From the NCBI GenBank assembly GCA_963745035.1, contig CAVUVW010000021.1, positions 256,001 through 320,000 of the forward strand: 64,000 bases of DNA. Reading direction: 5' to 3'. A model generated the notes under the pieces. That model was not told the DNA's origin, did no database searches, and worked only from the letters and a program-made list of their open reading frames with translations. A program made the position numbers and the translations under genes. Shown one piece after another: positions 11,123 through 19,171 of this stretch. This DNA is from an uncultured delta proteobacterium (lineage in GTDB: Bacteria; Desulfobacterota; Binatia; UBA9968). The first letter of the stretch is position 1, and each line of letters begins with the position of its first letter.

Positions 11123-11835
11123 TGAAATTTCTCGACTTGACCTTCGCGGAGCCGGCGGCCAATCTCGCCTGCGACGAGGCGCTGCTGGAAACGATGGAAG
11201 CGGACGCGCCGGGCGCGGAATGCCTGCGCGTTTGGGAGGCGAAAAATCATTTTGTCGTGCTTGGCCACTCCAATCGGATCGCCGCTCACGTCGACACTGC
11301 CGCGTGCAAGGAACGCGCAATACCGATTCTGCGCCGCGTCAGCGGCGGCGGCACGGTCGTGCAAGGTCCCGGCTGTCTCAATTACGCGCTGATTCTCGGA
11401 AACGCCGCGCGCCGCAACATCGGCGACACTTTCCGGCACGTCCTGCAGCGCCACCGCCGCGTCGTCGAAGCATTGTCGGGCAAGGCGGCGCGCTTCGACG
11501 GCATCAGCGATCTGACCGTCGATGGCTTAAAATTTTCCGGCAACGCGCAGTACCGGAAGGCGCGTTGCGCGCTCGTGCATGGGACTTTCTTGCTGAATTT
11601 CGATTTGCCGGCGCTCGAAAGGCTGCTGCCGGTGCCGGCCAAGCAGCCGGCCTATCGCGGCAATCGGCCCCATCGCATGTTCGTCACCAATTTGCATCTG
11701 GACTCGAAGGAGCTTGTCGATGCGTTGAAAGGCGCCTGGAGCGCCGACGAAGTCTTTACAGAGGTTCCCACCGCGCGGATCGAACAACTGACGCGCGAGC
11801 GCTACGGCCAGATCTGGTGGTCGGAAAAGTTTTAG
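11122..11835 (+). CDS. lplA: Lipoate-protein ligase A family
   Basis: NLACDEALL, RRVSGGGTV, KFSGNAQ, HGTFLL; divergent from the PDH operon. Confidence 0.88.
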   Translation: MKFLDLTFAEPAANLACDEALLETMEADAPGAECLRVWEAKNHFVVLGHSNRIAAHVDTAACKERAIPILRRVSGGGTVVQGPGCLNYALILGNAARRNIGDTFRHVLQRHRRVVEALSGKAARFDGISDLTVDGLKFSGNAQYRKARCALVHGTFLLNFDLPALERLLPVPAKQPAYRGNRPHRMFVTNLHLDSKELVDALKGAWSADEVFTEVPTARIEQLTRERYGQIWWSEKF

Positions 11836-11849
11836 GACGCTGCGGGTTA

Positions 11850-12023
11850 AAGCATGCGCTTTTACCCGTTGTGAGAGAGCGGCAATCGCTGGCGAATGCA
11901 TCGCTGGCGAATGCTTTGGCGGAGTACACGGACAGGCTCGGCCTTGAGCGCCGTCTTAAAGTGAAAACGATTTCCGACCTGCTCAACGGCGACAGCCACC
12001 CGCAGGCCAAGACTCGCCAGTGA
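11850..12023 (+). pseudogene. 3' remnant of putative terminase small subunit-like gene (copy A)
   Basis: ALLPVVRERQSLAN...AEYTDRLGLERRLKVKTISDLL matches the C-terminus of 12896..13423; internal tcgctggcgaatgc duplication. Confidence 0.8.
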
Positions 12024-12226
12024 CCGTATTAACGGAGAAAACGCATCCTGGGCAGGTTGGGAGGGGAGCTGTAAGAAACGTTTACTTGTGGCAAAACGGA
12101 AGTCTTTCCAAGTAGATTGTCCCAGGCGGGCAACTCATATACACGGAGCCGCAGGCATCGCAAACCCAGGCTTGCTTACGCAGGAGCACAAGCGAGCCGT
12201 TAGCGGCTACCAGCGGGGATTCTGAA

Positions 12227-12392
12227 CGGTGCGCTAATCCATTATGTGCTGAAACGATCACGATCAAGCCGCAGCGCGGCAAACGCTATGCTCCGACCGC
12301 TGCCGCATGACGGCTACGCGCTCAAGCGGGCCAGGGCGTTGCTCAGGCGCCTTGGCATTATCCGTTTCCATACGCTGCTGGACGAATTATGA
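12227..12392 (+). pseudogene. Frameshifted copy of the small Zn-finger gene (copy A)
   Basis: tgcgctaatcc...gacggctacgcgctcaagcgggcc...atccgtttccatacgctgctggacgaattatga aligns with 13529..13699. Confidence 0.75.
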
Positions 12393-12403
12393 AAACCGCG
12401 AAT

Positions 12404-12601
12404 TTATCGTCGAATCAGCAACCAAAGAAGATGCAGAAATCCACGTCCCCAAATGCTGTTTGGACTTACCCAATAGCGGGAGTAGCAACCACGGCAGCGA
12501 AACAGGTGTGCATTTATGAGGGTGCTCAACAACCGTTCCCAGCGGCTGCGATGAGAACGCTGGATGTCATGACTGCCGCAGTGCGGGCACGAATCCAACA
12601 C
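12404..12601 (-). CDS. Small zinc-ribbon protein (cargo)
   Basis: CPHCGSHDIQRSHR...FRCRGC, two CxxC pairs; GTG start. Confidence 0.55.
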   Translation of the reverse strand: MLDSCPHCGSHDIQRSHRSRWERLLSTLINAHLFRCRGCYSRYWVSPNSIWGRGFLHLLWLLIRR

Positions 12602-12636
12602 AGTAACCGCCGACTCTATACGGGATCGAAATGCCC

Positions 12637-12740
12637 ATGACCCAAAATTGATTCACCCTATCATTTTCCTCTACAGGCTGGTCAAGAAAAACGAGTTTGG
12701 GCCGACCCTTCACGCTCATGGATCATTAACGCGAAGTCTC
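12637..12740 (+). pseudogene. Terminase large subunit N-terminal remnant (copy A)
   Basis: atgacccaaaattgattcaccc...ctggtcaagaaaacgag...cccttcacgctcatggatca matches 14681 onward, with indels and stops. Confidence 0.75.
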
Positions 12741-12836
12741 GCGCCTGGCCACCCCCGAAATGCCGGATCGGGCCAAGTTGAAGAAATCGCGAGTGGCGAA
12801 AATACTTGAAAGCTAAGGATCTCTTAAAGGGAAAGT

Positions 12837-12886
12837 TGGTGGCGGTGGTAGGAGTCGAACCTGCGACGCCGCGGATATGAGCCGCG
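12837..12886 (-). repeat. Duplicated 3' 50 bp of tRNA-Met (att core)
   Basis: tggtggcggtggtaggagtcgaacctgcgacgccgcggatatgagccgcg vs 16278-16327, one mismatch. Confidence 0.95.
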
Positions 12887-12895
12887 AGGACTGGG

Positions 12896-13423
12896 ATGAA
12901 ACCTACTGAAAACACGGTAGGTTTTTCCTCTGGGGGCGATTCTCGGGGGCGATTAGAGCTAGAAAACCCGTCAAAACTCTCTGCTGGAGCACCGAAGGGC
13001 AACCACAATCGCACAAAGCATGGCGTCCATGCTGTAACGAGCTTGGTGAAGAAGCTCGGCACCGATCGCGCGTTAGACAAACGCACGGCGATGGGGAAGG
13101 CCTTAGAGCGCTGGCGACAGGAACTGATCAATGATCTTGGCGGAGAAGACAACATCAGCGCCCAGCAGCGCGCCATCATCGACCTCGCCGTTAAAAACAA
13201 GCTCATCCTCGACACAATTGACCGCTGGATATTCCAGCAGCCTTCGCTGATCGATAAGCGCAAGCGGGCTCTTCTCCCGGTTGTGAGAGAGCGGCAATCG
13301 CTGGCCAACGGCTTGGCAGAGTACATGGACCGGCTGGGCCTTGAGCGCCGGCATCCTGTGAAAAGCATCTCCGACCTGCTCCACGGCGATACCGAGCAGC
13401 CCCAGACCGAGACCCGCCAATGA
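12896..13423 (+). CDS. Putative terminase small subunit-like protein
   Basis: GAPKGNHNRTKHG motif, typical of phage TerS N-termini; helical body; upstream of terL remnants; start uncertain. Confidence 0.55.
   Translation: MKPTENTVGFSSGGDSRGRLELENPSKLSAGAPKGNHNRTKHGVHAVTSLVKKLGTDRALDKRTAMGKALERWRQELINDLGGEDNISAQQRAIIDLAVKNKLILDTIDRWIFQQPSLIDKRKRALLPVVRERQSLANGLAEYMDRLGLERRHPVKSISDLLHGDTEQPQTETRQ
12932..12954 (+). repeat. Tandem GGGGGCGATT 10-mers (candidate integrase arm-type sites); third copy at 16165-16174
   Basis: Identical 10-mer at 12932, 12945 and 16165, each 45-110 bp inside an att core. Confidence 0.6.
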
Positions 13424-13489
13424 CCGCGTTAACGACTAGCAGCGCTGAAACTGAGGCCATTGACCCAAGCCGAGCCCACAGCATGCGCC

Positions 13490-13699
13490 ATGACTGCGTT
13501 AACGCAGTTAAACGGGCATGCTCAGAGCTGCGCTAATCCGTTCTGTAAGGCACCGGTCAACATCAAGTCACCGCGCGGCAAGCATGGGCGCTACTGCTCC
13601 GATCACTGCCGGATGGACGGCTACGCTTTGAAGCGGGCAAAGGCGCTACTCAACCGGGTTGGCGTGATCCGCTTTCACACACTGATGGACGAGGTATGA
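13490..13699 (+). CDS. Small Cys-rich (Zn-finger) phage-like protein
   Basis: CANPFC...RYCSDHCR; conserved in degraded copy A. Confidence 0.65.
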   Translation: MTALTQLNGHAQSCANPFCKAPVNIKSPRGKHGRYCSDHCRMDGYALKRAKALLNRVGVIRFHTLMDEV

Positions 13700-13700
13700 A

Positions 13701-13778
13701 TCACGCCTGATCTATCAACCACACTATGACGAGCACTAGGACGACTACAACGATAACAACGAGCCCGAACTCGGACAT
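13701..13778 (-). CDS. 25-aa single-helix hydrophobic peptide (not in ORF track)
   Basis: Hand translation MSEFGLVVIVVVVLVLVIVWLIDQA*; purine-rich GGGAACAGG and TACGAT upstream. Confidence 0.45.
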   Translation of the reverse strand: MSEFGLVVIVVVVLVLVIVWLIDQA

Positions 13779-13829
13779 ACCTGTTCCCTATCGTATCTTT
13801 TGGCCGACGTGCAGCAAGGGCTTTTGACC

Positions 13830-13860
13830 ATGACCAAAATCATTCACCCGATCACGTTCA
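13830..13860 (+). pseudogene. Very short terL start remnant (copy B)
   Basis: atgaccaaaatcattcacccgatcacgttc = MTKIIHPITF, matching MTKLIHPLTF at 14681. Confidence 0.65.
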
Positions 13861-14145
13861 CGAGATCGGCAATTCTCCGACCTCTCGCAGTGTAATACGT
13901 GGTTGCATAGCAATCTGGATGAGTACTCTGCGGTGGAGAGATTGGTCAATGGTCAGGGTGATCCTGTACTCCTCGCGTTCGCGGTTAAGGAGATCAAGGA
14001 CAATAGCGCGAGGGCCCACCGACCGCCCGTCTGTGACAGCGTCGTCGAGGCATGCAGGTGGCGGCATCTTTACTCGCCCGCTTATATCGACTTTCCCGAG
14101 CGTCACGATCGGCGGCCAACGGGTCTCGCATTCTCTGACCCGCAT
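13858..14145 (-). CDS. Hypothetical 95-aa protein, divergent member of the WPP...EIGDL family
   Basis: MRVRE...RWPP...ITLREVGELPIS mirrors MQLRD...SWPP...LSIQEIGDLDVS of 14315..14626. Confidence 0.5.
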   Translation of the reverse strand: MRVRECETRWPPIVTLGKVDISGRVKMPPPACLDDAVTDGRSVGPRAIVLDLLNREREEYRITLTIDQSLHRRVLIQIAMQPRITLREVGELPIS

Positions 14146-14314
14146 ACTTCACGGCTACCAAATGAGAAGAACGAGGCTAGGCCCCTTGCAAAATTAAATC
14201 TCGGTAATGGTAACGAAGTTGGCCTTGCCGGCGCTGTTCACGGCAAGATCAAGACGAGCGCAGAGCAAAAAGGCATTCCGCTATGAGCAAGCACCAAGCG
14301 GGAAAGCGAGCTGA

Positions 14315-14626
14315 CTAGAGCAGGTGCGACACATCCAAATCGCCGATTTCTTGGATGGACAGGCCGACTTGTGCCTGCAAGACAGCATAAATCTGGTAGC
14401 AGAACTGGGGATCATCGAACTGCATCGAACCCATGTAGCGACGGCCTTGATGTTCGATGAACAGAAAAATCTTGTTATCGAATAGTTCGTGCATCATCGC
14501 ACGTTCGAGGTTGCCAATTTCGCCGGTCGGCCTGTCGTTAGCGTCTTGGCGCGTCGTTGTCCAGACTGGTGGCCAACTTGGAAACCCACTCTTGCGGGTC
14601 ATTAGGGGATGGTCGCGGAGTTGCAC
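14315..14626 (-). CDS. Hypothetical 103-aa protein (WPP...EIGDL family)
   Basis: Gapless homologue of 25485..25796 (about 69/103 identical by hand count), which supports a real gene. Confidence 0.85.
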   Translation of the reverse strand: MQLRDHPLMTRKSGFPSWPPVWTTTRQDANDRPTGEIGNLERAMMHELFDNKIFLFIEHQGRRYMGSMQFDDPQFCYQIYAVLQAQVGLSIQEIGDLDVSHLL

Positions 14627-14634
14627 GGCCCACT

Positions 14635-14663
14635 AAGATCGCAAAGCTCTCCTAACGTGTCAA
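14635..14663 (-). promoter_or_regulatory. Sigma70-like promoter for 14315..14626
   Basis: Minus strand reads TTGACA-17 nt-GATCTT, then 8 nt to GTG. Confidence 0.5.
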
Positions 14664-14680
14664 CCCGAAATCCTATTTCC

Positions 14681-15092
14681 ATGACCAAACTGATTCACCC
14701 GCTGACATTTATCGACAAGCTGGTCAAGAAAAACGAGCTGGGCCAACCCTTCACGCTCATGGATCACCAGCGGGAGATTCTCCGTCTCGCCTTTGCCTTC
14801 ATAAAGACGGCCGGCTGCCGTGGGACACGATTCTTTATTCCTGCGTCAAGAAGTCGGGAAGACGACGATGTCGACCAAGGAGACAGAGCGGTTTTTCCGG
14901 CTCACGATGGAGCATCAGAAGCGAAAGATCGATGCGTGCGTGGCGCTGAGCTTTGCTATCCTGGGAGCGATCCGCAATGGGCGACCGATGGACCCCGACA
15001 GAGCGGGCCTAGAACCATTCAAGCCGGTCTGGGGCAAGTTCGACGCGCGTCAACCTACATTCCCTGGCTACGGTGTACGGCGGATGCGGTGA
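14681..15092 (+). pseudogene. Internally deleted, frameshifted terminase large subunit
   Basis: GQPFTLMDHQREILRLAF, DGRLPWDTILYSCVKKS(G)KTT (Walker-A-like across frameshifts), joined to C-terminal KRKIDACVALSFA. Confidence 0.7.
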
Positions 15093-15181
15093 AGCTTACG
15101 CCGAAGTGGAGCGCCGGCAGAAAAATGGGACAATTTCCAGGCTTGACATCCTTTGGCGCATTGGCTTAAAAATCGTTCCCT

Positions 15182-16078
15182 ATGGTTCAGGGTGCTTGGA
15201 TAGCCAAGGCATTGACCCAGCAAGCCCTCTCCCACCTGCCGGGCGGCAACCAAATCAACTACTTTCTCCAACGCCATGTCGCCCGCTCGCTGCCGCACAG
15301 CGATGCAACGTTCCTCCACCATTGCGAATTTGCCGGGCGCTACGTTTCGGCGCTGCGCAACCACACCGACACGCCGGTTGATGACGCGCATTGTCTGGAG
15401 TTCGGCGCGGGTTGGGACTGCGCGGTCGCGCTGATCCAGCGCGCGCTCAGCGTGCCCGATCAAATCTTGGTCGACATCAACGCGAAGCTTCACTACAAGC
15501 TGATAAATGAGACGCTTGCCCAGGCGCGGCGGCTTGCCGATAAGGTCGCCAAGCGCGCGCCGGGCGCCGATGTGGACAGGCTGCCTTTTACCGTCAACTG
15601 CGAGAGCGAGTTGAACGCAATGGGGATCAAGTATTGGGTCGGCGATTTGATGGAACTGGATTGGCCGCGCGGGTTTGACATGATTCACAGCACGTCGGTG
15701 CTCGAACATATTCCGGCCGACGATCTTCTCTCGCTGGTCCAGCATTGCCATGGCATGCTGCGCCCCGGCGGCTTGTTCTGCGCCGCCATCGACACCGCCG
15801 ATCATTACTCGCGCTATGACCGCTCGATTTCGCACGTCAATTTTTTGCGCTACTCGCCGTCGATTTGGCCGCTGTTCTCGCCGCCACTCCACTATCAAAA
15901 CCGCTTGCGCGTGAGTGATCACTTGAAGATCATCAAGGAAGCTGGATTCAAGATCCTGGAAGCCACGCGGAACCGCATCAGAAAGCACCCGAACATTCGC
16001 CCGCATCACAGCTTTCAGAATTACGCCATCGACGACTTGCTTTGCGGTGGCGTGTTCGTGGTCGCGCAAAAAAAGTAA
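15182..16078 (+). CDS. Class I SAM-dependent methyltransferase (island cargo)
   Basis: CLEFGAGW, FDMIHSTSVLEHI, LRPGG, IDTADHY, YQNRLR; TTGACA at 15143 upstream. Confidence 0.8.
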   Translation: MVQGAWIAKALTQQALSHLPGGNQINYFLQRHVARSLPHSDATFLHHCEFAGRYVSALRNHTDTPVDDAHCLEFGAGWDCAVALIQRALSVPDQILVDINAKLHYKLINETLAQARRLADKVAKRAPGADVDRLPFTVNCESELNAMGIKYWVGDLMELDWPRGFDMIHSTSVLEHIPADDLLSLVQHCHGMLRPGGLFCAAIDTADHYSRYDRSISHVNFLRYSPSIWPLFSPPLHYQNRLRVSDHLKIIKEAGFKILEATRNRIRKHPNIRPHHSFQNYAIDDLLCGGVFVVAQKK

Positions 16079-16277
16079 ACCGCTCGCCCCGGTGGTGCCG
16101 CTGGTCTTCACCAGTCACGCCTACGGGTGTGTGTTGCTGTGCGTGAGACGCAGTTGAAAATCTTGGGGGCGATTTAATGACCGCAAAAGGCCCCGAAATG
16201 CCGGATCTGGCCAAGTTGGAGAAAATGCTCGAGTTGGCGAAAATGCTTGAAAGCTATGGATTTCTCATAGGGAAAGT

Positions 16278-16354
16278 TGGTGGCGGTGGTAGGAGTCGAA
16301 CCTACGACGCCGCGGATATGAGCCGCGTGCTCTGACCAACTGAGCTACACCGCC
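16278..16354 (-). tRNA. tRNA-Met (CAT), probably elongator
   Basis: GGCGGTGTAGCTCAGTTGGTCAGAGCACGCGGCTCATATCCGCGGCGTCGTAGGTTCGACTCCTACCACCGCCACCA, 77 nt with encoded CCA; Ile2 not formally excluded. Confidence 0.93.
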
Positions 16355-16390
16355 GGGGAGATTAAAAATTATGCCGAGCTGGAGAGAAGA

Positions 16391-17119
16391 TCAAGCGATA
16401 AAAGCGGCGGAAGATCTCCACCTATGCTCTGCCGAAGTTCGATTGACACGCTTTTTTCCTCGGCCGATCTGGAAAAGGACTTTCTCATCTACTTCGAGGC
16501 AAGTCAACATATTGCCGTAAACCACGCCCGTGTCGAGTCCGATTTTGTACGGCAGATCATAGAACACGGTCACCTGCGGCGTATGCCCGAACAAGATCGT
16601 ATAGGGTAGTTTATGCGAGCGATAGATGAAGGCGTTCCTGATCCAGAATAGATCTTCATCGCCTTGCTCGGCCAAGGGCTTTTCCGGTTGGATTCCCGCG
16701 TGAACGCATAAATAGGGATCCGTAATATGGTACGAACGGAGCGCCTGAAAGAAACCGAGATGATCGGCCGGCATCCTGGCCAAGGCGTGCCCGGGAATCA
16801 TTTCGCCGGGTTTGATACCGTAGCTCGCCAAAGTCGCTTTGCCGCCATTGGCGACGAACATGTCGCCGTGCCGACCGCCGAGGCCGAGATAGGACAGAAA
16901 CATGTCTTCGTGATTTCCTTTGAGAAACACGAACTCAACGCTCTCATGAGCTTGTTGGAGCGCAAGCAAGTGCGAGATCACCGCGCGAGAATCCGGACCG
17001 CGGTCGATGTAATCGCCGAGAAATATTACGAGATCGCCCTGCGCAAGCGGCAGTGATTCCAGCAGGCGACTCACCTCCGCGGCGCAGCCATGAATATCCC
17101 CGATCACGTAGCGGCCCAT
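16391..17119 (-). CDS. Ser/Thr protein phosphatase family metallophosphoesterase
   Basis: GDIHG, GDYIDRGP, GNHE, HAG, GHTP, DTG motifs. Confidence 0.9.
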   Translation of the reverse strand: MGRYVIGDIHGCAAEVSRLLESLPLAQGDLVIFLGDYIDRGPDSRAVISHLLALQQAHESVEFVFLKGNHEDMFLSYLGLGGRHGDMFVANGGKATLASYGIKPGEMIPGHALARMPADHLGFFQALRSYHITDPYLCVHAGIQPEKPLAEQGDEDLFWIRNAFIYRSHKLPYTILFGHTPQVTVFYDLPYKIGLDTGVVYGNMLTCLEVDEKVLFQIGRGKKRVNRTSAEHRWRSSAAFIA

Positions 17120-17238
17120 AGAATAAGAATCCTAAGCTACTAACGGGAATGGTGCAATGAGTCGTGGTCGACTGGAAAAATTCCGGTCGGCCCGCTATGA
17201 TCGTTCCGGGAGCAAAGCCAGGTTGCCAAGAGGCAGCA

Positions 17239-17637
17239 ATGAAGCCGCGCGAAGTATATTCCAGTTGGTTGATGATTTCGGGGGTGGTCTGTTTGTTGAT
17301 GGGCATCGGCAACTGGACGGTCGGGGCGATCGAGACCTCCAAATATCAAGCCCTGCTGTATAAGACAGCGCGCACCGGTTTGGAAGAAAACTACCGAAAG
17401 TTTCAAGAACTTGACCACCAGAAAAATGAAGAAGTGCTCCGGCGCATCAACGAGGACCGGGAAAAATTCAACGGCGCCAGAGTGAAGCTGAACTTTTTCT
17501 ACGTCGTATTAACCGGTGGGCGGGTGCTGTTTTTTCTCGGCGCCGCGGTGTCTTTGATCGCCTTGGTCCGATTGATCCGGCGCGATGCGCTGATCAAGAT
17601 CAAGCGTCTGACCCAATCGGAAGAGCCCGCGAGTTAA
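17239..17637 (+). CDS. Hypothetical two-TM membrane protein
   Basis: Two hydrophobic segments flanking a charged helical loop; start uncertain (17164 or 17239). Confidence 0.6.
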   Translation: MKPREVYSSWLMISGVVCLLMGIGNWTVGAIETSKYQALLYKTARTGLEENYRKFQELDHQKNEEVLRRINEDREKFNGARVKLNFFYVVLTGGRVLFFLGAAVSLIALVRLIRRDALIKIKRLTQSEEPAS

Positions 17638-17772
17638 CTTTCTTCCTGGAATTTTTCGCCTTTTGATTTCAACCGATCCCACTAAACTCGCGCGGAAATT
17701 ATGGCACGATCAGGAAATCGTCTGCGCGACGATTTTTAGAACCCCATGTTTGAAAGTGAACTCGCGGGAGAG

Positions 17773-18795
17773 CTACTTGGAAGGCTTCGATTTCTGGTAC
17801 TTGCGATAGTCGTAGCCGGTCGCCATCGCGAGAAGGATGTCTTCCATCCCGCCGCTCTTTTCCCGGCGTAGAATTAACAGACGATCGTAGAATTCCTTGA
17901 AATCTTTGTAGATGCGCTGGGTGTCGTCGGTGCTGCGAAGATAAAAATCCTTGACCCGGGTCACCGTGAAACGGAGCGCGGAAAAGCGCAGCTCGTTGGG
18001 AAACGAATCCCATTCCGGCAGGGAAAGCGGTCGCAAGCTTTCATATCCAGAGATCAAAGCCTCGAAACGCTCGATGCGATAGCGGTCTTCGATGAAGCAC
18101 AACGCGTTCACGGCCGTGGCGAGATCGTAGATCAATTTGCCACGGCACGCCGCCTCGAAATCCAGCACTCCGGTAAGACGATTGCCCTTGAACTTGACGT
18201 TGTCCGGAAACAGGTCGCCGTGAATGATTCCCTTGGGCAAGTTGTTGTCGAGATAATTCTCGAGATAGGAAAACTCATCGTCCAAGACTCTGACGATATT
18301 TTTTAGATGAGTGGGCAACTGGCGGCGCACCTCGCGGTAGATGGCGACGATGCGGTTGAAGCCAAAGCGATTATCGATGCCCTTTTTGTAGCTGCGACCG
18401 ATCAGATGAAGATTGGCGAGCGCATGGCCCAGAGCGCTCAAATGGGTCGTGTTGATCGCTTCCACCGGCAGTTCGACGCCGTCGAGGTAACGGGTCACGG
18501 TAAGGCACTTGCCTTGGAATTCAATATGGTAGCGGCCGGTCTTGGTTTTGAGAGGTTGCAGGCAAGGAAAGTTTTGCTTGCGCAAATGGAGCAACAAGTC
18601 GATCTCTTGTTTTACCTCAATTTCACTCTTAACTTCGTCAATTTTGAAGAAATATTTTCCACGCTTGGTTTCAACAAGAAAATGCGTATTCACCGATCCG
18701 TTGCGGATTCCGGTAAAAGAGACCAGATCCCCGAGCGTAAACTCATCGACGATCTTGGCGACATCTTTTCTCGAAAGGGTCGTGTAAATGGCCAT
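17773..18795 (-). CDS. thrB: Homoserine kinase type II (APH fold)
   Basis: MAIYTTLS, GSVNTHF, GIIHGDLFPDNV, LDFE, ALRFTVTR. Confidence 0.85.
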   Translation of the reverse strand: MAIYTTLSRKDVAKIVDEFTLGDLVSFTGIRNGSVNTHFLVETKRGKYFFKIDEVKSEIEVKQEIDLLLHLRKQNFPCLQPLKTKTGRYHIEFQGKCLTVTRYLDGVELPVEAINTTHLSALGHALANLHLIGRSYKKGIDNRFGFNRIVAIYREVRRQLPTHLKNIVRVLDDEFSYLENYLDNNLPKGIIHGDLFPDNVKFKGNRLTGVLDFEAACRGKLIYDLATAVNALCFIEDRYRIERFEALISGYESLRPLSLPEWDSFPNELRFSALRFTVTRVKDFYLRSTDDTQRIYKDFKEFYDRLLILRREKSGGMEDILLAMATGYDYRKYQKSKPSK

Positions 18796-19085
18796 CTTGA
18801 AAGTTGCCGATCCACTCGGTTGGTGCTCAACGGTGACTTGGGTCGAGCGATCAGAAGGAGTGATCTAACTTAGCCACTTGTAACGAAAAATTCGATAAAG
18901 GTCAAGATGTGAAAACATTTCCTGTTTTAATTCAGCTACTTGGAAAATAATAATAATGTTTGAGTTTATATGATTGCGCGCCCAAAACGCTTAATGCCCA
19001 CTAGAAAAGCAAACGAGGTGAACGCCAGTGCCGCGCAAAGAACGATTCATATTCGCACATTCGGCCTCCGTTTTTGCTTTTTTCC

Positions 19086-19115
19086 TTGACAATGGCGGCT
19101 GGCTTTTCCTAATCT
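19086..19115 (+). promoter_or_regulatory. Sigma70-like promoter of the cold-shock gene
   Basis: TTGACA-18 nt-TAATCT; AAGGAGG RBS before ATG 19172. Confidence 0.5.
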
Positions 19116-19171
19116 CTGCCCGCAATTTAGCAGGGGAGGCGATAGATGATTGGCGTCCAAGGAGGTTGGGA

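Larger units (their letters stand above)
11850..12836. mobile_element. Degraded older copy of the tRNA-Met island module (left att not found)
   Basis: Contains homologues of the terS-like 3' end, the Zn-finger gene and the terL start; 12751-12836 resembles the att-proximal flank 16190-16277. Confidence 0.7.
12837..16327. mobile_element. About 3.4-kb tRNA-Met-integrated island with no integrase gene
   Basis: Bounded by tRNA 3' direct repeats; GGGGGCGATT repeats inside both ends; phage-packaging remnants and cargo genes; no tyrosine or serine recombinase ORF seen. Confidence 0.85.

Noticed and set aside
12082-12282. 66-aa minus-strand ORF with CDAC
   Set aside because: It overlaps the antisense of the degraded Zn-finger gene and has only one clear CxxC; too weak to call.
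12837-12886. Extra functional tRNA genes at 12837 and 24624
   Set aside because: Both lack the 5' acceptor strand and D-arm; they are att duplications.
11850-13433. Diverged repeat pairs as a diversity-generating retroelement TR/VR
   Set aside because: Differences are not adenine-specific, include indels, and no reverse transcriptase is present in the window.
12637-14720. Recurrent ATGACC...ATTCACCC motif as CRISPR repeat or integron attC
   Set aside because: Spacing is about 0.85-1.2 kb, there is no palindromic attC structure, no cas or intI gene, and the motif translates as the terL N-terminus.
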